A DNA stretch of 64,000 nucleotides from the NCBI GenBank assembly GCA_964016885.1, contig CAXHJY010000133.1, positions 62,001 to 126,000 of the forward strand. The letters run 5' to 3'. Shown here piece after piece: positions 1 through 13,019 of the stretch. This stretch comes from Eledone cirrhosa. Taxonomy: Eukaryota. The position numbers were made by a program, and so were the translations under genes. A model generated the notes under the pieces. That model did not search any database. It had not been told where the DNA came from and worked only from the letters and a program-made list of their open reading frames with translations. Positions within the stretch are counted from its first letter, which is position 1; each line of letters starts with the position of its first letter.

Positions 1-1457
1 GACGTCGTCGGACGCTGGACGGAGGGCCCGGTGAAGCTGCTTGGGGTCTGGTTCGGACCAGACCTCCAGGTGGAGAAAAACTGGAACGAGGTAATGGCCA
101 GGGTGTTTGCACTCACCCAGAAGTGGGCCCAGTGCAAACTATCCCTGAAAGGTCGAGCGGAGGTGGCGAATACTTATATAGCATCCGTCATCTACTACCG
201 CTTGACCGTCGTGCCATGCCCAGTGAAAAGACTCGCCAAAATGGAGTGCGCGCTGTTCCAATTTCTTTGGAACAAGCGGACCCCTTTGGTGAGGAGATCC
301 ATCTGCTGTCAACACCCTTCGAAAGGAGGGCTGGGGATGCCGTGGCTACAGATGCGTAAACACGCATTAAGGCTACGGCACCTCCAGGTATTCCTCACCG
401 GTCAACCGGTGTGGACCCCGTTTGTGAGGCGAGCCTTCCCCAGACTCGTCTCGCTCACCGAGCTGCAATCCTGGGTCAAGCAAAGACCGAGAAAAGTGGG
501 CGACTGGCACATTGAATGTGCCCAGGCGCTCACGGCCCTCTGGAAAGCGGACCCGGCAATCAGTGGAGACTCCACCTCGACATTCTATAGAGGGTTGGTA
601 CGCAGCAGGTGCGACGATGCTCTCGGAGAAGCTCTAGGCATGGAGGAAGATGAACTGGCCAGTCTGTTCGGTAGGACGTTTGGCCCTGGACCGATGGACA
701 ACTTCCAAAAGTCCCTGGCTTGGCAGTGCTACCGAGGGGCTCTACCCGTTCGAGACAAGCTCCACAGGCATGGGAGCCTGGGTAGAGATCCTTTGAATAA
801 GATCTGTCCGAGATGCGTGCATGATGACGAAACCGTTGCGCACGCATTCGTACACTGCCCAGGCATTGCTGACCTGTGGGGCTATGTGGAACGACTACTG
901 TCGAGGGTGGGACCAATCCGGTTGACCACCGAGTCCATTGTCACGATCAAACCGCCTCCCCCTTTCAAAAACGAAGGAGAGGCGGTTTTTCTCTGTGTGA
1001 TAGCCATGGCTAAAGAAGTTGTATGGTGGACGAGGCTGAAAGGGCTGAGGTCAGACACCTTTCTCTCCGGCCAACAACTGGTCCCCTTTTTCAAATACCA
1101 TTTTAAAAGAAGGATCAGAATGGAGAGAGAGGTGCTCTACCCCAGCAAGTTTTATGAAAGGTGGGTGAAAGTAGGGAGAATGGCCAGAGTGAATGGGTCT
1201 TCTCTCTATATCAGCCTGTAGGTGAAAGAAGAGGAAAAAGAGGAGACGAGGGAAGCACCTACTCTTTGTGTTCCTGAGGAGAAGGGTTGCACATTTTTTC
1301 CGGGGTGTGTGCGACCCATGTTAATGCCCCCTCCCTATTGAGGACTTCGTTTGTTGTTGTTATTTCATTGTTATATTTTTGTACTCGTTAATTATATGTA
1401 AACTTCCCCCCTTGTATCTGTCCCTACCTTTTGTGCCCTAGTGGCAAATAAAGAAAC
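1..1457 (+). mobile_element. Tx1/L1-clade non-LTR retrotransposon, 3' part (ORF2 C-terminus plus 3' UTR); continues upstream of the window
   Basis: ORF 31-1221 has the LINE post-RT motifs KLLGVWF, LSLKGR, FLW and GGLGMP, and a zf-RVT-type knuckle CPRC..ETVAHAFVHC. The 3' UTR ends gtggcAAATAAAgaaac at 1457. A homologous copy lies at 48761-49656. Confidence 0.9.
31..1221 (+). CDS. LINE ORF2 C-terminal region (RT thumb/tether plus zinc knuckle), partial
   Basis: Uninterrupted 396-aa frame, open from the window edge, with the motifs listed for the element. Confidence 0.85.
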   Translation: MKLLGVWFGPDLQVEKNWNEVMARVFALTQKWAQCKLSLKGRAEVANTYIASVIYYRLTVVPCPVKRLAKMECALFQFLWNKRTPLVRRSICCQHPSKGGLGMPWLQMRKHALRLRHLQVFLTGQPVWTPFVRRAFPRLVSLTELQSWVKQRPRKVGDWHIECAQALTALWKADPAISGDSTSTFYRGLVRSRCDDALGEALGMEEDELASLFGRTFGPGPMDNFQKSLAWQCYRGALPVRDKLHRHGSLGRDPLNKICPRCVHDDETVAHAFVHCPGIADLWGYVERLLSRVGPIRLTTESIVTIKPPPPFKNEGEAVFLCVIAMAKEVVWWTRLKGLRSDTFLSGQQLVPFFKYHFKRRIRMEREVLYPSKFYERWVKVGRMARVNGSSLYISL

Positions 1458-1458
1458 C

Positions 1459-1739
1459 ACTCTATATATATACTATTGTATTTTCACAGTAAACGCTTTA
1501 TTTTACATAATATCTCACATAACATTTACATTACTCTATATATACTATTGTATTTTCACAGTAAAGGCTTTATTTCACATAATTATCTCACATAACATTG
1601 AATCTATGAGATTTTGATATTATTTATTTTTAAAACAATACCTTAACATCAGTATGAGTGACCAGTTACGGCTGGTTTTAACAGAAAGATGTGAGAGAAT
1701 TCTGGCCGGATATGGTTGGTTTAAATGCTAAAGGGTTAA
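1459..1739 (+). mobile_element. piggyBac-type MITE lacking its left TIR, with an internal ~65-bp duplication
   Basis: Ends taaatgctaaaggg followed by TTAA (1736-1739). The body matches the copies at 5444-5843 and 51851-52077. Confidence 0.75.
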
Positions 1740-1749
1740 TACCATCTAT

Positions 1750-2040
1750 CATTTGTCACCATACTCATCATCATCCTCATCTCCATCATCATCATTATTA
1801 TCCCCGTCGTCATTATCACCATCGTCGGCATGTCATCATCATCATCATCACCATCATCATCAATTATCATCATTAGCACATCATTGTCATCAGCATTATC
1901 ATTGTCAATTTCGTCATCATCATCATCATCATCACTAACATTGTCATCATCATCACTATCATGATCTTTATCATCATAAGCATTATCGTTGTCATAATCC
2001 ATCATCATTACTAATGCTATCATCATCATTGTCATCACTC
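1750..2040. repeat. Degenerate (CAT)n microsatellite
   Basis: Direct reading of the sequence. Confidence 0.9.
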
Positions 2041-2184
2041 AACAGAGACCACTGTCCTCACAGACCAAGTCATCACATGACTGATTCCAGTCCGTACCGC
2101 CTATGATAATGAATGAGACAGGGGACACAGTAGTACGTTAGTAACAGAAATCACTGCGCTATATATATATAGATATAGATATGA

Positions 2185-2287
2185 ATTCTACAGAACTAGA
2201 ACTGTTTCATTCGAGAGAAATCATCAGTACCTCAGTATTGAGTACCTTACTTACTGTGGTTACCTCCAATTGAACCCGGGATAAACA
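2185..2287 (-). mobile_element. Penelope pLTR-like fragment with a hammerhead core lacking stem I
   Basis: Minus strand reads CTGATGA tttctctcgaat GAAA cag..ctg TA. Same family as 26464-26585 and 27221-27417. Flanked by (TA)n. Confidence 0.65.
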
Positions 2288-2567
2288 TATATATATATAT
2301 ATATATATTTAAACGTATAATCGTTTGATTTGTCCAGGTGTATTTTTCTCAACCTGTTAGTTCTATCGTTACTTTGGTATATTATTGTGTGTTAGATTTT
2401 GCCTACCACAATGTTTGATTTGTCAAGCTATTTAAACGTGTTATTACTCTAAGGACCTAACTTATCGAGTGCTTTTCTAACTCATCATATCATATAAGTA
2501 GGCCGAATTTGCTTGCAAACCGCCAGAGATTCGATTTTACTAAATTTCCAATTATATATATATATAC

Positions 2568-2793
2568 ATTTTCTGCTCTGCTTATTTAATTTATTAATTC
2601 TTCATTGAGCCACAACGTGACCGGTTGCCACATATATATCTATGACTTTATATATATGTAAATCATTATATTATTATTACTATATATATGATATAAAGAT
2701 TTACATATATATAAAGTCATAGATATATATGTGGAAACCGGTCACGTTGTGGCTCAATGAAGAATTAATAAATTAAATAATCAGAGCAGAAAA
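2568..2793. repeat. Fold-back inverted repeat with ~97-bp arms, probably pLTR-derived
   Basis: 2568-2664 is the reverse complement of 2698-2793. Contains GAAA-ccgg-TC, the 3' half of a minimal hammerhead. Confidence 0.8.
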
Positions 2794-2891
2794 TTTCTTC
2801 ATAGGAGCCTTTATTCTTATAGCCTGGTCTAATTGATTTTTTATATGGTTAATTATGCTAACTGGGAGAGGAAATGGTATATATATATATA

Positions 2892-3041
2892 GAAGTGGTT
2901 ACACAACAGTTAGTTCACCATACCGAGAACAATGTTTCACCTTAGCGGATCCCCAGCTCGTAATCCGATTACGAGCTGAGGATCCGCTAAGGTGAAACAA
3001 TTGTTCTCGGTATGGTGAACTAACTGTTGTGTTACCACTTC
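2892..3041. repeat. ~150-bp near-perfect palindrome in a (TA)n-flanked pLTR-like element
   Basis: gaagtggt..gtaatc|c|gattac..accacttc. Confidence 0.9.
2972..3009 (+). ncRNA. Minimal type I hammerhead ribozyme
   Basis: cgag-CTGAGGA-t cc gctaa gg t-GAAA-caattg (palindromic stem III)-TT-ctcg. Stem I is cgag/ctcg. The mirror copy has a mutated core (CTGGGGA). Confidence 0.7.
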
Positions 3042-3104
3042 CACCTAACTCGTCCCATGGAATGAGTGCTCTACCACTACGGATATTACCTTCCAGTGTT
3101 CCAC

Positions 3105-3106
<2 letters not shown>

Positions 3107-3182
<76 letters not shown>

Positions 3183-3332
3183 TTATATACATATATATAT
3201 ATACATATATATATATACTAATACTTATATAGATATACATATATACATATACATATATACATATATATATATATATACTAATACTTATATAGATATACAT
3301 ATATATATATATATACTAATACTTATATAGAT

Positions 3333-3388
<56 letters not shown>

Positions 3389-3566
3389 TATATATATATC
3401 CTTGTGGTGTATATGAAAGCATATACAATATATTTCTGTGTAATAAAAATACAAAAAGTCTTACTATATACACACAAACATGGCTGTATTCATATACACC
3501 CACAGCTCTCTGTATATATTGTGTAAATATATATATGGCTGTATTTTATACACCCTGTTGTGTATG

Positions 3567-3608
<42 letters not shown>

Positions 3609-3762
3609 CATACATACCACAACAGAGTGTATGAAATACAGCCATATCTGTGTGTATGTATATACAGCCATGTGTGTATGTATATATATATATATAGTTA
3701 TATACAGCAGTAAGACTGTATATTTACAGTTGTCTGAGTGAGCGTGTATATATATATACAGC

Positions 3763-3800
<38 letters not shown>

Positions 3801-4170
3801 CAGTGGTGTGCGGGAATAGATATAGTTGTGTATGTATAGACAGAGTGTGTGTGTATACAACTTACTAGAGTGTGTGTTGATGTGTCTACCAATGTATGTG
3901 TATGTATATGTACCTGTGTGTATGCATGTGTCAGTCTTATTTTAACTGTGTAAATGTATGTGTGTCTGTCTATGTTGCCTGTGTGTATGTGTGTATGTCT
4001 CACCTGTGTATGTGTGTATGTCTTACCTGTGTGTGTGTATGTGTGTATGTCTCACCTGTGTGTGTGTGTGTATGTCTTACCTGTGTGTGTGTGTATGTCT
4101 TACCTGTGTGTGTGTGTATGTCTTACCTGTGTGTGTGTGTATGTGTGTATGTCTTACCTGTGTGTGTGTG
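3107..4170. repeat. Compound (TA)n/(TG)n microsatellite region
   Basis: Direct reading of the sequence. Confidence 0.9.
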
Positions 4171-4863
4171 TTTGACCAGAACCAAAAACTTGCTGACTAA
4201 ACAAATGTTGGTATTCGTATATGGGGGGTGAATCGTCAGACGTGAGGGTAGATGACTGCTGGGGTGGATTGTACACATAGCATGTCAGCGTTTGGTCCTT
4301 CTGGGGTTGGCTGTCCCCATAGCATGTTAGCGTTTGGTCCTTCTGGGATTGGCTGTCCCCATAGCATGTTAGCGTTTGGTCCTTCTGGGGTTGGTTTTCC
4401 CCATAGCATGTTAGCGTTTGGTCCTTCTGGGGTTGGCTGTCCCCATAGCATGTTACGGTTTGATCCTTCTGAGGTGGATTGTACCCATAGCTGGGTGTTG
4501 TTCGGTCGTTCTGGGATGGGTTGTACCCATAACTGGGTGTTGTTCGGTCCTTCTGGGGTTGGTTGTACCCATAACTGGGTGTTGTTCGGTCCTTCTGGGG
4601 TGAGTTGTCCCCATAGCTGGGTGTTGTTCGGTCCTTCTGGGGTGAGTTGTCCCCATAGCTGGGTGTTGTTCGGTCCTTCTGGGGTTGGTTGTACTCATAG
4701 CTGGGTGTTGTTCGGTCCTTCTGAGGTTGGTTGTACCCATAACTGGGTGTTGTTCGGTCCTTCTGGGGTGAGTTGTCCCCATAGCTGGGTGTTCTTTGGT
4801 CCTTCTGGGGTGGGTTGTACCCATGGCTGGGTGGTGTTTGGTCTTCTGACGACATGTTGATAC
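4158..4863 (-). CDS. Putative exon encoding ~14 copies of a 14-aa repeat (TTPSYGYNQPQKDR / TLTCYGDSQPQKDQ)
   Basis: 42-bp in-frame tandem repeat with unique open flanks. ATG at 4855 in caacATG context, possible acceptor at 4864, and a strong donor AG|GTAAGA at 4158. Coding status is unproven. Confidence 0.35.
4260..4845. repeat. 42-bp minisatellite, ~14 copies, with two unit subtypes in blocks
   Basis: Unit ccttctggggttggctgtccccatagcatgttagcgtttggt and variants. Confidence 0.95.
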
Positions 4864-5443
4864 CTGTGTAGCTGTTGTCGGTGGTGGTGGTGGTGATAGT
4901 GTTGAAGTGGTGTATATGTTGTTGTTGGTGGTGTTGTAGTGGTGGTGTATGTGTGTGTGTAAGTGATGTTTCTTTTGTAGTAGTAGTATTGGTGGCAGTG
5001 GTGGTGTATGTGTATGTGTGGGTGTGATGTATTAATGGTAGTGATGGTGGCAATGGTGGTGTATGTGTATGTGTGGGTGTGATGTATTAATGGTAGTGAT
5101 GGTGGCAGTGGTGGTGTATGTGTATGTGTGGGTGAGACGTATTAATGGTGGTGATGGCATTGGTGTTTTTGAGAGTAATGGCGGCGGTGTGTGTATGTAT
5201 GTGCGATAGTGACGGTAGTGTTTGTTATATATTAATGGTAGTGTTTGAGTATGTTTGTGGGTGTGTGGTATGTATGTGTGGTGGTGTTGGTATATGTGTG
5301 TGTGGTGGTGTTGGTGTATGTGTGTGTAGTGTATTAATGGTGGTGTTGATGTATGTATGTGTGTGTGGTGGTACTGTGGTTTTATGAAACAAAACCCACT
5401 CATTTAAAAACCTGCTAGCATGTTATTATATAAGAACAATATT

Positions 5444-5843
5444 TTAACCCTTTAGCATTTACATTATATTTTCACAGTGAAGGCTTTACCTCACATAATT
5501 ATCTCACATAATATCGAATCTATGAAATTTTGATATTGTTTATTTTGAGAACAATACCTTAACGTCAGTATGAGCAGCCAGTTTGAACAGAAAGAGGCGA
5601 GAGAATTCTGGCCAGATATGGCCGGTTTAACCCTTTAGTATTTACATTACTCTATATATATATTATTAAATTTCCTGTGAAGGCTTTACCTCACATTATT
5701 ATCTCACATAATATCAAATCTGATATTATTTATTTCGAGAACAATACCTTAACATCAGTATGAGTGGCCAGTTACAGCCGGTTTGAACAGAAATAGGCGA
5801 GAATTCTGGCCAGATATGGCCGGTTTAAATGCCAAAGGGTTAA
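5444..5843 (+). mobile_element. Two tandem piggyBac-type MITE copies (first lacks its right TIR)
   Basis: TTAA-ccctttagcattta at 5444, a second TTAA-ccctttagta at 5627, and the end taaatgccaaaggg-TTAA at 5843. Confidence 0.85.
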
Positions 5844-6744
5844 GTTAATATCTTAGTAATGAAATCATTAGTAATTCTGGTAAATCCCTTAAAATTCTTT
5901 ATTAATTAATTAATTGAAATAGGGAGTTATTATTATACTATTACAGTAACGAGAAGGTTAATTAATCTTAGCCACAGTATTGTCCACTACCAAACACCAC
6001 CACCACCAACACGGTCATCACCATCACCACCAACAACACTATCAACAACCACCACCACCATCACCACCAACAACACTATCATCACCACCACCATCAACAC
6101 TACAAACAATCACTAACACCACCACCACTACTGGTTATGCAGATTGAACTGTTGGCTGTTATTTCTAGCAGAGAGAGAGGAGAGAACAGGCAAAGGGAGA
6201 GAGAAAGTTCCAACCCAAACCAAAAATGGTGCCTTTACATGGTCACTCGATCTGCTAGAAATAACAGTCAAATAGCCTCAAACCACAATATAGTGTCCTG
6301 AATAAGGAAGGACAGGAATGTCATGGTATGGGTATGAAGAGCTTTGATCATAAATGAACTCAATCAGGGACAACCATGGGCTAAAAACAAAGTGTTGTTG
6401 ATTCATCGGAAGTAGTTGTAACAGTGATTGTGGTAATAGTGGTGGTGTTTGGAATGATGATGGTGGTTGTAGTAGTGGTAATGATTGTAATGGTAGTAGT
6501 GGTTGTAATAATAGTAGTGGTTGTTGTAATGGTGGTAATGGTAGTAGTGGTGGTGGTTTTAATGGTGGTTGTGGCAATGGTGGTGGTGCTAGTGGTGGTT
6601 AGGGTAATGGTGTGGTTTGTAATGGTCATAGTATATGTAGTGGTAGTGGTGGTGATGGTGATGGTGCTACAGTCTTTATCAGAGGCAGACTTTGGAAAGA
6701 AAGGAGGAAGTTCAGTGTGTCAACATGAGTAGTAGGATGAGGAA

Positions 6745-8045
<1,301 letters not shown>

Positions 8046-8287
8046 AAATCAATAACAAAAATAACAAAACACACAGTACATGGAAGAAATATATTTTTTT
8101 AATACTTGAAATAGCAGGAAGAGCGTCTTAACGTTTCGGATACTAGTCCTTTATCAAAGATAGAAAGTAAAGAGTGATGAGGGAAAATGAAAAAAAAAAT
8201 TGGGGAGTAAAGACCACACGTGCTTATTCAGTCAGCCATATGTATGTATGTACATGTTTATATATGTATATGTGTGTAAAAATACTC

Positions 8288-9112
8288 TTTTTTTTTTACT
8301 TGTTCCAGCCACCCGGCTGAGGCCACGCTGGGACACCGCCCTTGTTGCTACATATTCTATCTCCAGCCTGTGTTGACTGGCCATTGGTGTAAGAAGGAGT
8401 TCGTCCCTGCTGCCCTTAGGTTACCTTCATATCGTGCTGTGGGTTCATCCAGAATCCTGGATAGCAGGGTGTCAAGATGTTTCTTGAAAACGTCCACGTC
8501 CACATCATGCAGATCTCTCAGATTTCTTGGCAGCTTGTTGAAGAGTTGAGGGCCTTTGAACCCCAGACTATTGCAATATCTGCTTCTTATTCTCGATGTG
8601 GAAGACAGGGCCTTTGAACCATAGGCTATTGCAATATTTGCTCCTTATTCTAGATGTGGAAGACAGGGCCTTTGAACCATAGGCTATTGCAATATTTGCT
8701 TCTTATTCTCGATGTGGAAGACAGGGCCTTTGAACCATAGGCTATTGCAATATTTGCTCCTTATTCTAGATGTGGAAGACAGGGCCTTTGAACCCCAGAC
8801 TATTGCAATATCTGCTCCTTATTCTAGATGTGGAAGACAGGGCCTTTGAACCCCAGACTATTGCAATATTTGCTTCTTATTCTCGATGTGGAAGACAGGG
8901 CCTTTGAACCATAGGCTATTGCAATATTTGCTCCTTATTCTAGATGTGAATGACGGGACCTTTGGCCCCACACAGTGATGTCCTGTTTGGGGGTTAGTCC
9001 AGCTCTCGATGCCAAAGTTTGGTGCTAGTCCACCCAGGATTTTGCATATGTATATCACAGCGTATCTCTCTCGTCTTCGTTCCAAGGAGTAGAGTTTCAG
9101 TTCTTTTATCCT
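8288..9112 (-). mobile_element. CR1/L2-group LINE 3' fragment with poly(A) end and internal tandem amplification
   Basis: Minus-strand peptides LKLYSLERRRERYAVIYICKIL and FKGPQLFNKLPRNLRDL..FKKHLDTLLSRILDEP are typical post-RT C-termini. A-tail at 8288-8297. Confidence 0.75.
8550..8948. repeat. 58-bp tandem repeat, ~7 copies, inside the LINE fragment
   Basis: gggcctttgaaccataggctattgcaatatttgctccttattctagatgtggaagaca at 58-bp spacing. Confidence 0.95.
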
Positions 9113-9278
9113 CATCATCATCACTGTTTAATGTCCATTTTTCCATACTAGCATGGGTTAAACAAGTTGTTCCGTTGTGAGACAAGCCAGGTTAGATGAC
9201 CATGTCTTGCTCATCATCATCATCATCATAGTGTTAAGAAACTCTCAGGAGAAATGTATATGTGTATATATAGTAATA

Positions 9279-9460
9279 ATTGTTTCTACTTTAGGCACAA
9301 GGCCAGCAATTACCCAGTACATTACTGGTACTTTATTTTATCGACCCCGTAAGGATGAAAGGCAAAGTTAACCTCGGCGGGATTTGAACTTAGACTGTAA
9401 AGGGACGTAACTATGCTAGAAAGCATGGCGTCCAACCCTCTACCGATACTGCCAATTCAC
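9279..9460 (-). mobile_element. tRNA-derived SINE family A (central domain resembles Nin/Deu)
   Basis: Reverse complement of the 13020 and 14628 copies. Has A-box, B-box gagttcaaatcc and gcctttcatccttacggggtcgataaaataaagtacc. Confidence 0.85.
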
Positions 9461-9707
9461 ATAATAATAATATTTATACTTATATATGGTTTATATATAA
9501 TTACAAATATGGAGGGTAGTACTAAGTACTAGCCAATTACCGGTAGGCTCAATGTAAATTATCAAATGTATTACAGAGCCGAGATACAAAATATAAAACA
9601 ATCCAAATCTTAGTTTAATACATTTAATTGCTGACAATTGTTTCTTCCAGACAAATGTCTGGATCATTGGAGCATACACAATGTTTAAACAGGTAATTAA
9701 AATTTAG

Positions 9708-9768
<61 letters not shown>

Positions 9769-10091
9769 GTGTATGTGTGTGTGTGAAATCCTGACTGCAG
9801 CCACGCAGTTTTAGCTTGGCGCCACCGTGGCCAGGATTTTACACATCTCTATTACCCAATCAGCATCCCCCCATACATCGAGTACTTACATTGGTCTCAG
9901 CACCACAGACTATATATATATATATCATCATCATCGTTTAACGTCCATCTTCCATGCTTGCATGGGTTTATATATATATATATGTATATATATATATTTT
10001 GAGTTTATGTTGGTTGTATGCCAACACCTCAGTATGCAGGCTGGAGCACTCGACGAAGTGCGCAGGTTGGTTTGGTTACTCCGGAGTAGTG

Positions 10092-10693
10092 TAAAATAAA
10101 GTTAAATAAAAGTCAAATGATTAAAATTTAGCTTCGTTTATTACTGCTATATATATTTCAGTGACAGCCATCTTTGGCTGTGACCTCTTCAGGCAGTTTG
10201 TACATATGTTGTTTAGTTGTTTAGGTGTATGATATTGGCAATACTCTGATATGCCCAGTTCCTTGTTGGGTTGTTAATTCACTGGGGAACTGGAGTCATA
10301 TGAATTCAAACAAACGAATTTCAGTGTCACAGGTCCCCTTCTCCTCTCATTGGTTAGTTATTAGAACATTCCTCATTCTAAGTGTTGTTATTGTTGGAGT
10401 TAGCTTAAAAATTGATAAAATGGTAGAAGGGACAAGGTGTTAAAGGAACAAAATAACAAAAAAAGTGTCAAATTTCCCATTGTTCAGTTCTGAGAGCATT
10501 CCTTAGTCAGAAGTCTATAGAATTCTTTCTGGGGTGAGGCTCCCTGTAGTGTTTTTGCCTGCTATTGTTCAGTACATTTGACCTCCACCATTATTTTGGT
10601 ACTGTTGTTGTTGTAGTGGTCAGTTTATATCTTGCTGCTGCTAACAATTTAGAAGTATCCAGTTTGTGTTTTTTTTTCCTTCATCCCTCCCGC
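10092..10693 (-). repeat. Left (inverted) pseudo-LTR of the Penelope-like element
   Basis: Near-identical reverse complement of 13419-14035; the same spurious ORFs appear on opposite strands in the track. Confidence 0.95.
10143..10197 (-). ncRNA. Type I hammerhead ribozyme (left pLTR)
   Basis: Reverse complement of 13930-13984. Confidence 0.85.
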
Positions 10694-12535
10694 TTAGCGA
10701 TGTCCAATACGGACCTAACCCGAGAGGAGGTGAGCATCATCCACGCCGCAAGAAAGACCTTAATCCGCTTCGATGGAGACCTTTGGACCAGGAGTGATTG
10801 GCCAAATAACTTTGACATCACGATGGGCTCCAGCGACTCAGCGCAGGTAACGGACCTGGTTGGGCTCTACCTGCTGAAGCAGATAAAAGATGAAATCCCC
10901 TGCCTGGGCGGCGGATTATATCGTGACGATGCTCTATTCACAGTACATGACCACAGCACCAATATGTTGGAGGGTATGAGGAGGCGTATTCGCCATTTCT
11001 TTAAGAACCAGGGGCTCAGCATAGAAATAGACCCAAATAGGAAGGTAGTTAACTTCCTAGACACCACCCTAAACCTGAACACCGAGCAATACTACCCCTA
11101 CCACAAGCCCAACGAGAAACTCGTATATGTTAACGCCAAATCAAACCACCCTAGATCCATAACCAAGGCAGTGGTGAAGAGTGTCTCGGACAGGATCTCC
11201 AGCCTGTCTGCAAGTAAGGAAATATTCAACAACCACGCGGAATATTACAACGCAGCTCTAAAGAAGGCGGCACATGGACAAAATATAACATATAGTCCGA
11301 AAAGCCGGGAGGTGGATAGCCCAACAGACACCCACAACCGCGTTGCCAGAGGGGGGAGGGCGAACCCTAACAATACAGGCAGAGCAGAATCAAATAGGCA
11401 CCATCACACGGGCGGTGGGGACTAGTGCGCTTGACCACGAGATGGAGCACAATATGAGTAGCAGTCTCAGGCGTGACGCTAACTACCCCAGGACGGACAA
11501 CCCCTACCGCAGGACACGTGGGGGGGGGGGGGAAACGGGCGACCACCCCACAATGGATCTCCCGGGGCGGACAACAACCACCCCACAAATCCGGGCCGCG
11601 AAGATAACAAAAAGTATAGAGCCCAAAAGGGAAGCAACAGTGCGGAAACCACCAGCAACCCAACAAATCCCCAACAAATCACGAAGCCCCCAACCCACAC
11701 ATATAGGAGGAGACACCGACAAATCACGTGGTACAACCCACCCTACTCAGCGGCCCTAAAGAAAAGCTTGGCCCGACTATTCTTTGGAGCACTTGACAAA
11801 TGCTTCCCGAGGGACCACAGATACCACAGGATCTTCAACAGACACACTGTGAAGCTTTTGTATTCCACCACGAGAAATTTGGCCCAACACATAGCTAGCA
11901 TCAACAGAAGTAGGCTTAAAAACCACACACAACCAGAAGATGGCAATACAAACACTCAGCAGAACCATGTGAAAGGAGGGAAGGGGGGACCCAGAGCCCA
12001 CCCAAGAAACACAAACAGACCCAAGGACCCCCCACCGAGCATGGGGGAAGACCAACATGTAACACATAATGAGAACCCTAATCTAGGCACGCAGAGGCCG
12101 ACCACCCTCTGCAACTGCAGAAACCCCGAATCATGCCCCCTTGGTAATGAATGTCTCGAGAAGAACCTAGTGTACGGTTGTAGGGTTAAAACCCCCAACT
12201 CCGAACACCTCTACATAGGAGCCACATCAACGAGCTTTAAGGACCGCTGGTACAACCATCGCCATTCATTCAAGAAGGAGGCCAAAAGGAAAAGCACAGC
12301 TCTCTCCGACCTGATCTGGAAGCTTAAGCTGGACAGGACCCCATACTCTCTGGCCTGGTACATAATCAGGAAAGTACCACCCGATAAAGGGGGATCTTGC
12401 ATATGCAAACTATGCCTGAACGAGACCCTCGAGATACTAAGAGGTGGAAGCGGCCTGATAAACCTCAGAACCGACTTCTTCGGGACATGCAGACACCTTA
12501 GAGCCGGGACCTTTCTCAAGATATATGGACAGTAG
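10694..12535 (+). pseudogene. PLE RT-GIY-YIG polyprotein, N-terminally truncated, with two compensating frameshifts
   Basis: The RT frame (to 11425) and the WYNPP/GIY-YIG frame (open from ~11530) are the same frame. An alternative frame bridges them between G runs near 11350-11420 and 11520-11532. RT motifs 1-3 are missing. Confidence 0.85.
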
Positions 12536-13019
12536 CAACACAAGAAGATGTGAACCCCCTCAAGCTATAGGGACTTCTACAGAACATGAAAACACCTCTC
12601 GGCCAGACCTCCCTCAAGCTATATGGGCAATAACAACACCCTAGGTTGTGAACTCCCCTCAAGCCACAGGGAACAACCCAGGCGGAGCAGACACCATGAT
12701 AGCCTAGAGATAGAATCGGACACAGCCATAATAATTTGGTCAACATCTATAACACAAACACTTTTAATTTACCAGATTTCTGACTTTCAAGTTCCAATCT
12801 TAAATCTTGATTTCTCTTTATTAATTTGTTATTTGTTTTCTGCCCTCTTCACTGTATCACCTTATATTTATTTTAAGTTGAGATAGATTATAACACAAAC
12901 ACATTGAATATCTCATCTTAACATCTTGTCTCATACCAATCTATCCAACATATTCTGACCTTGAGATTGGTTATAGCACACACACACACACTTTATCCTA
13001 CATTATTTCTCACTTCTCC

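Noticed and set aside
2446-2510. Additional hammerheads at ~2448, ~37845 and ~55246
   Set aside because: Core or stems are too degenerate (CTAAGGA/GAAT, poor stem pairing) to call, though they may be decayed copies.
10225-10443. Duplicated 72-aa ORF (also 13671-13889 on the minus strand)
   Set aside because: A by-product of the inverted pLTR duplication; GTG start and no recognisable motif.
11420-12535. Selenocysteine recoding, as reported for some Naiad PLEs
   Set aside because: All conserved Cys positions are TGY codons. The stops at 11423 (TAG) and 11432 (TGA) lie in a frameshifted low-complexity insert, and no SECIS was identified by eye.
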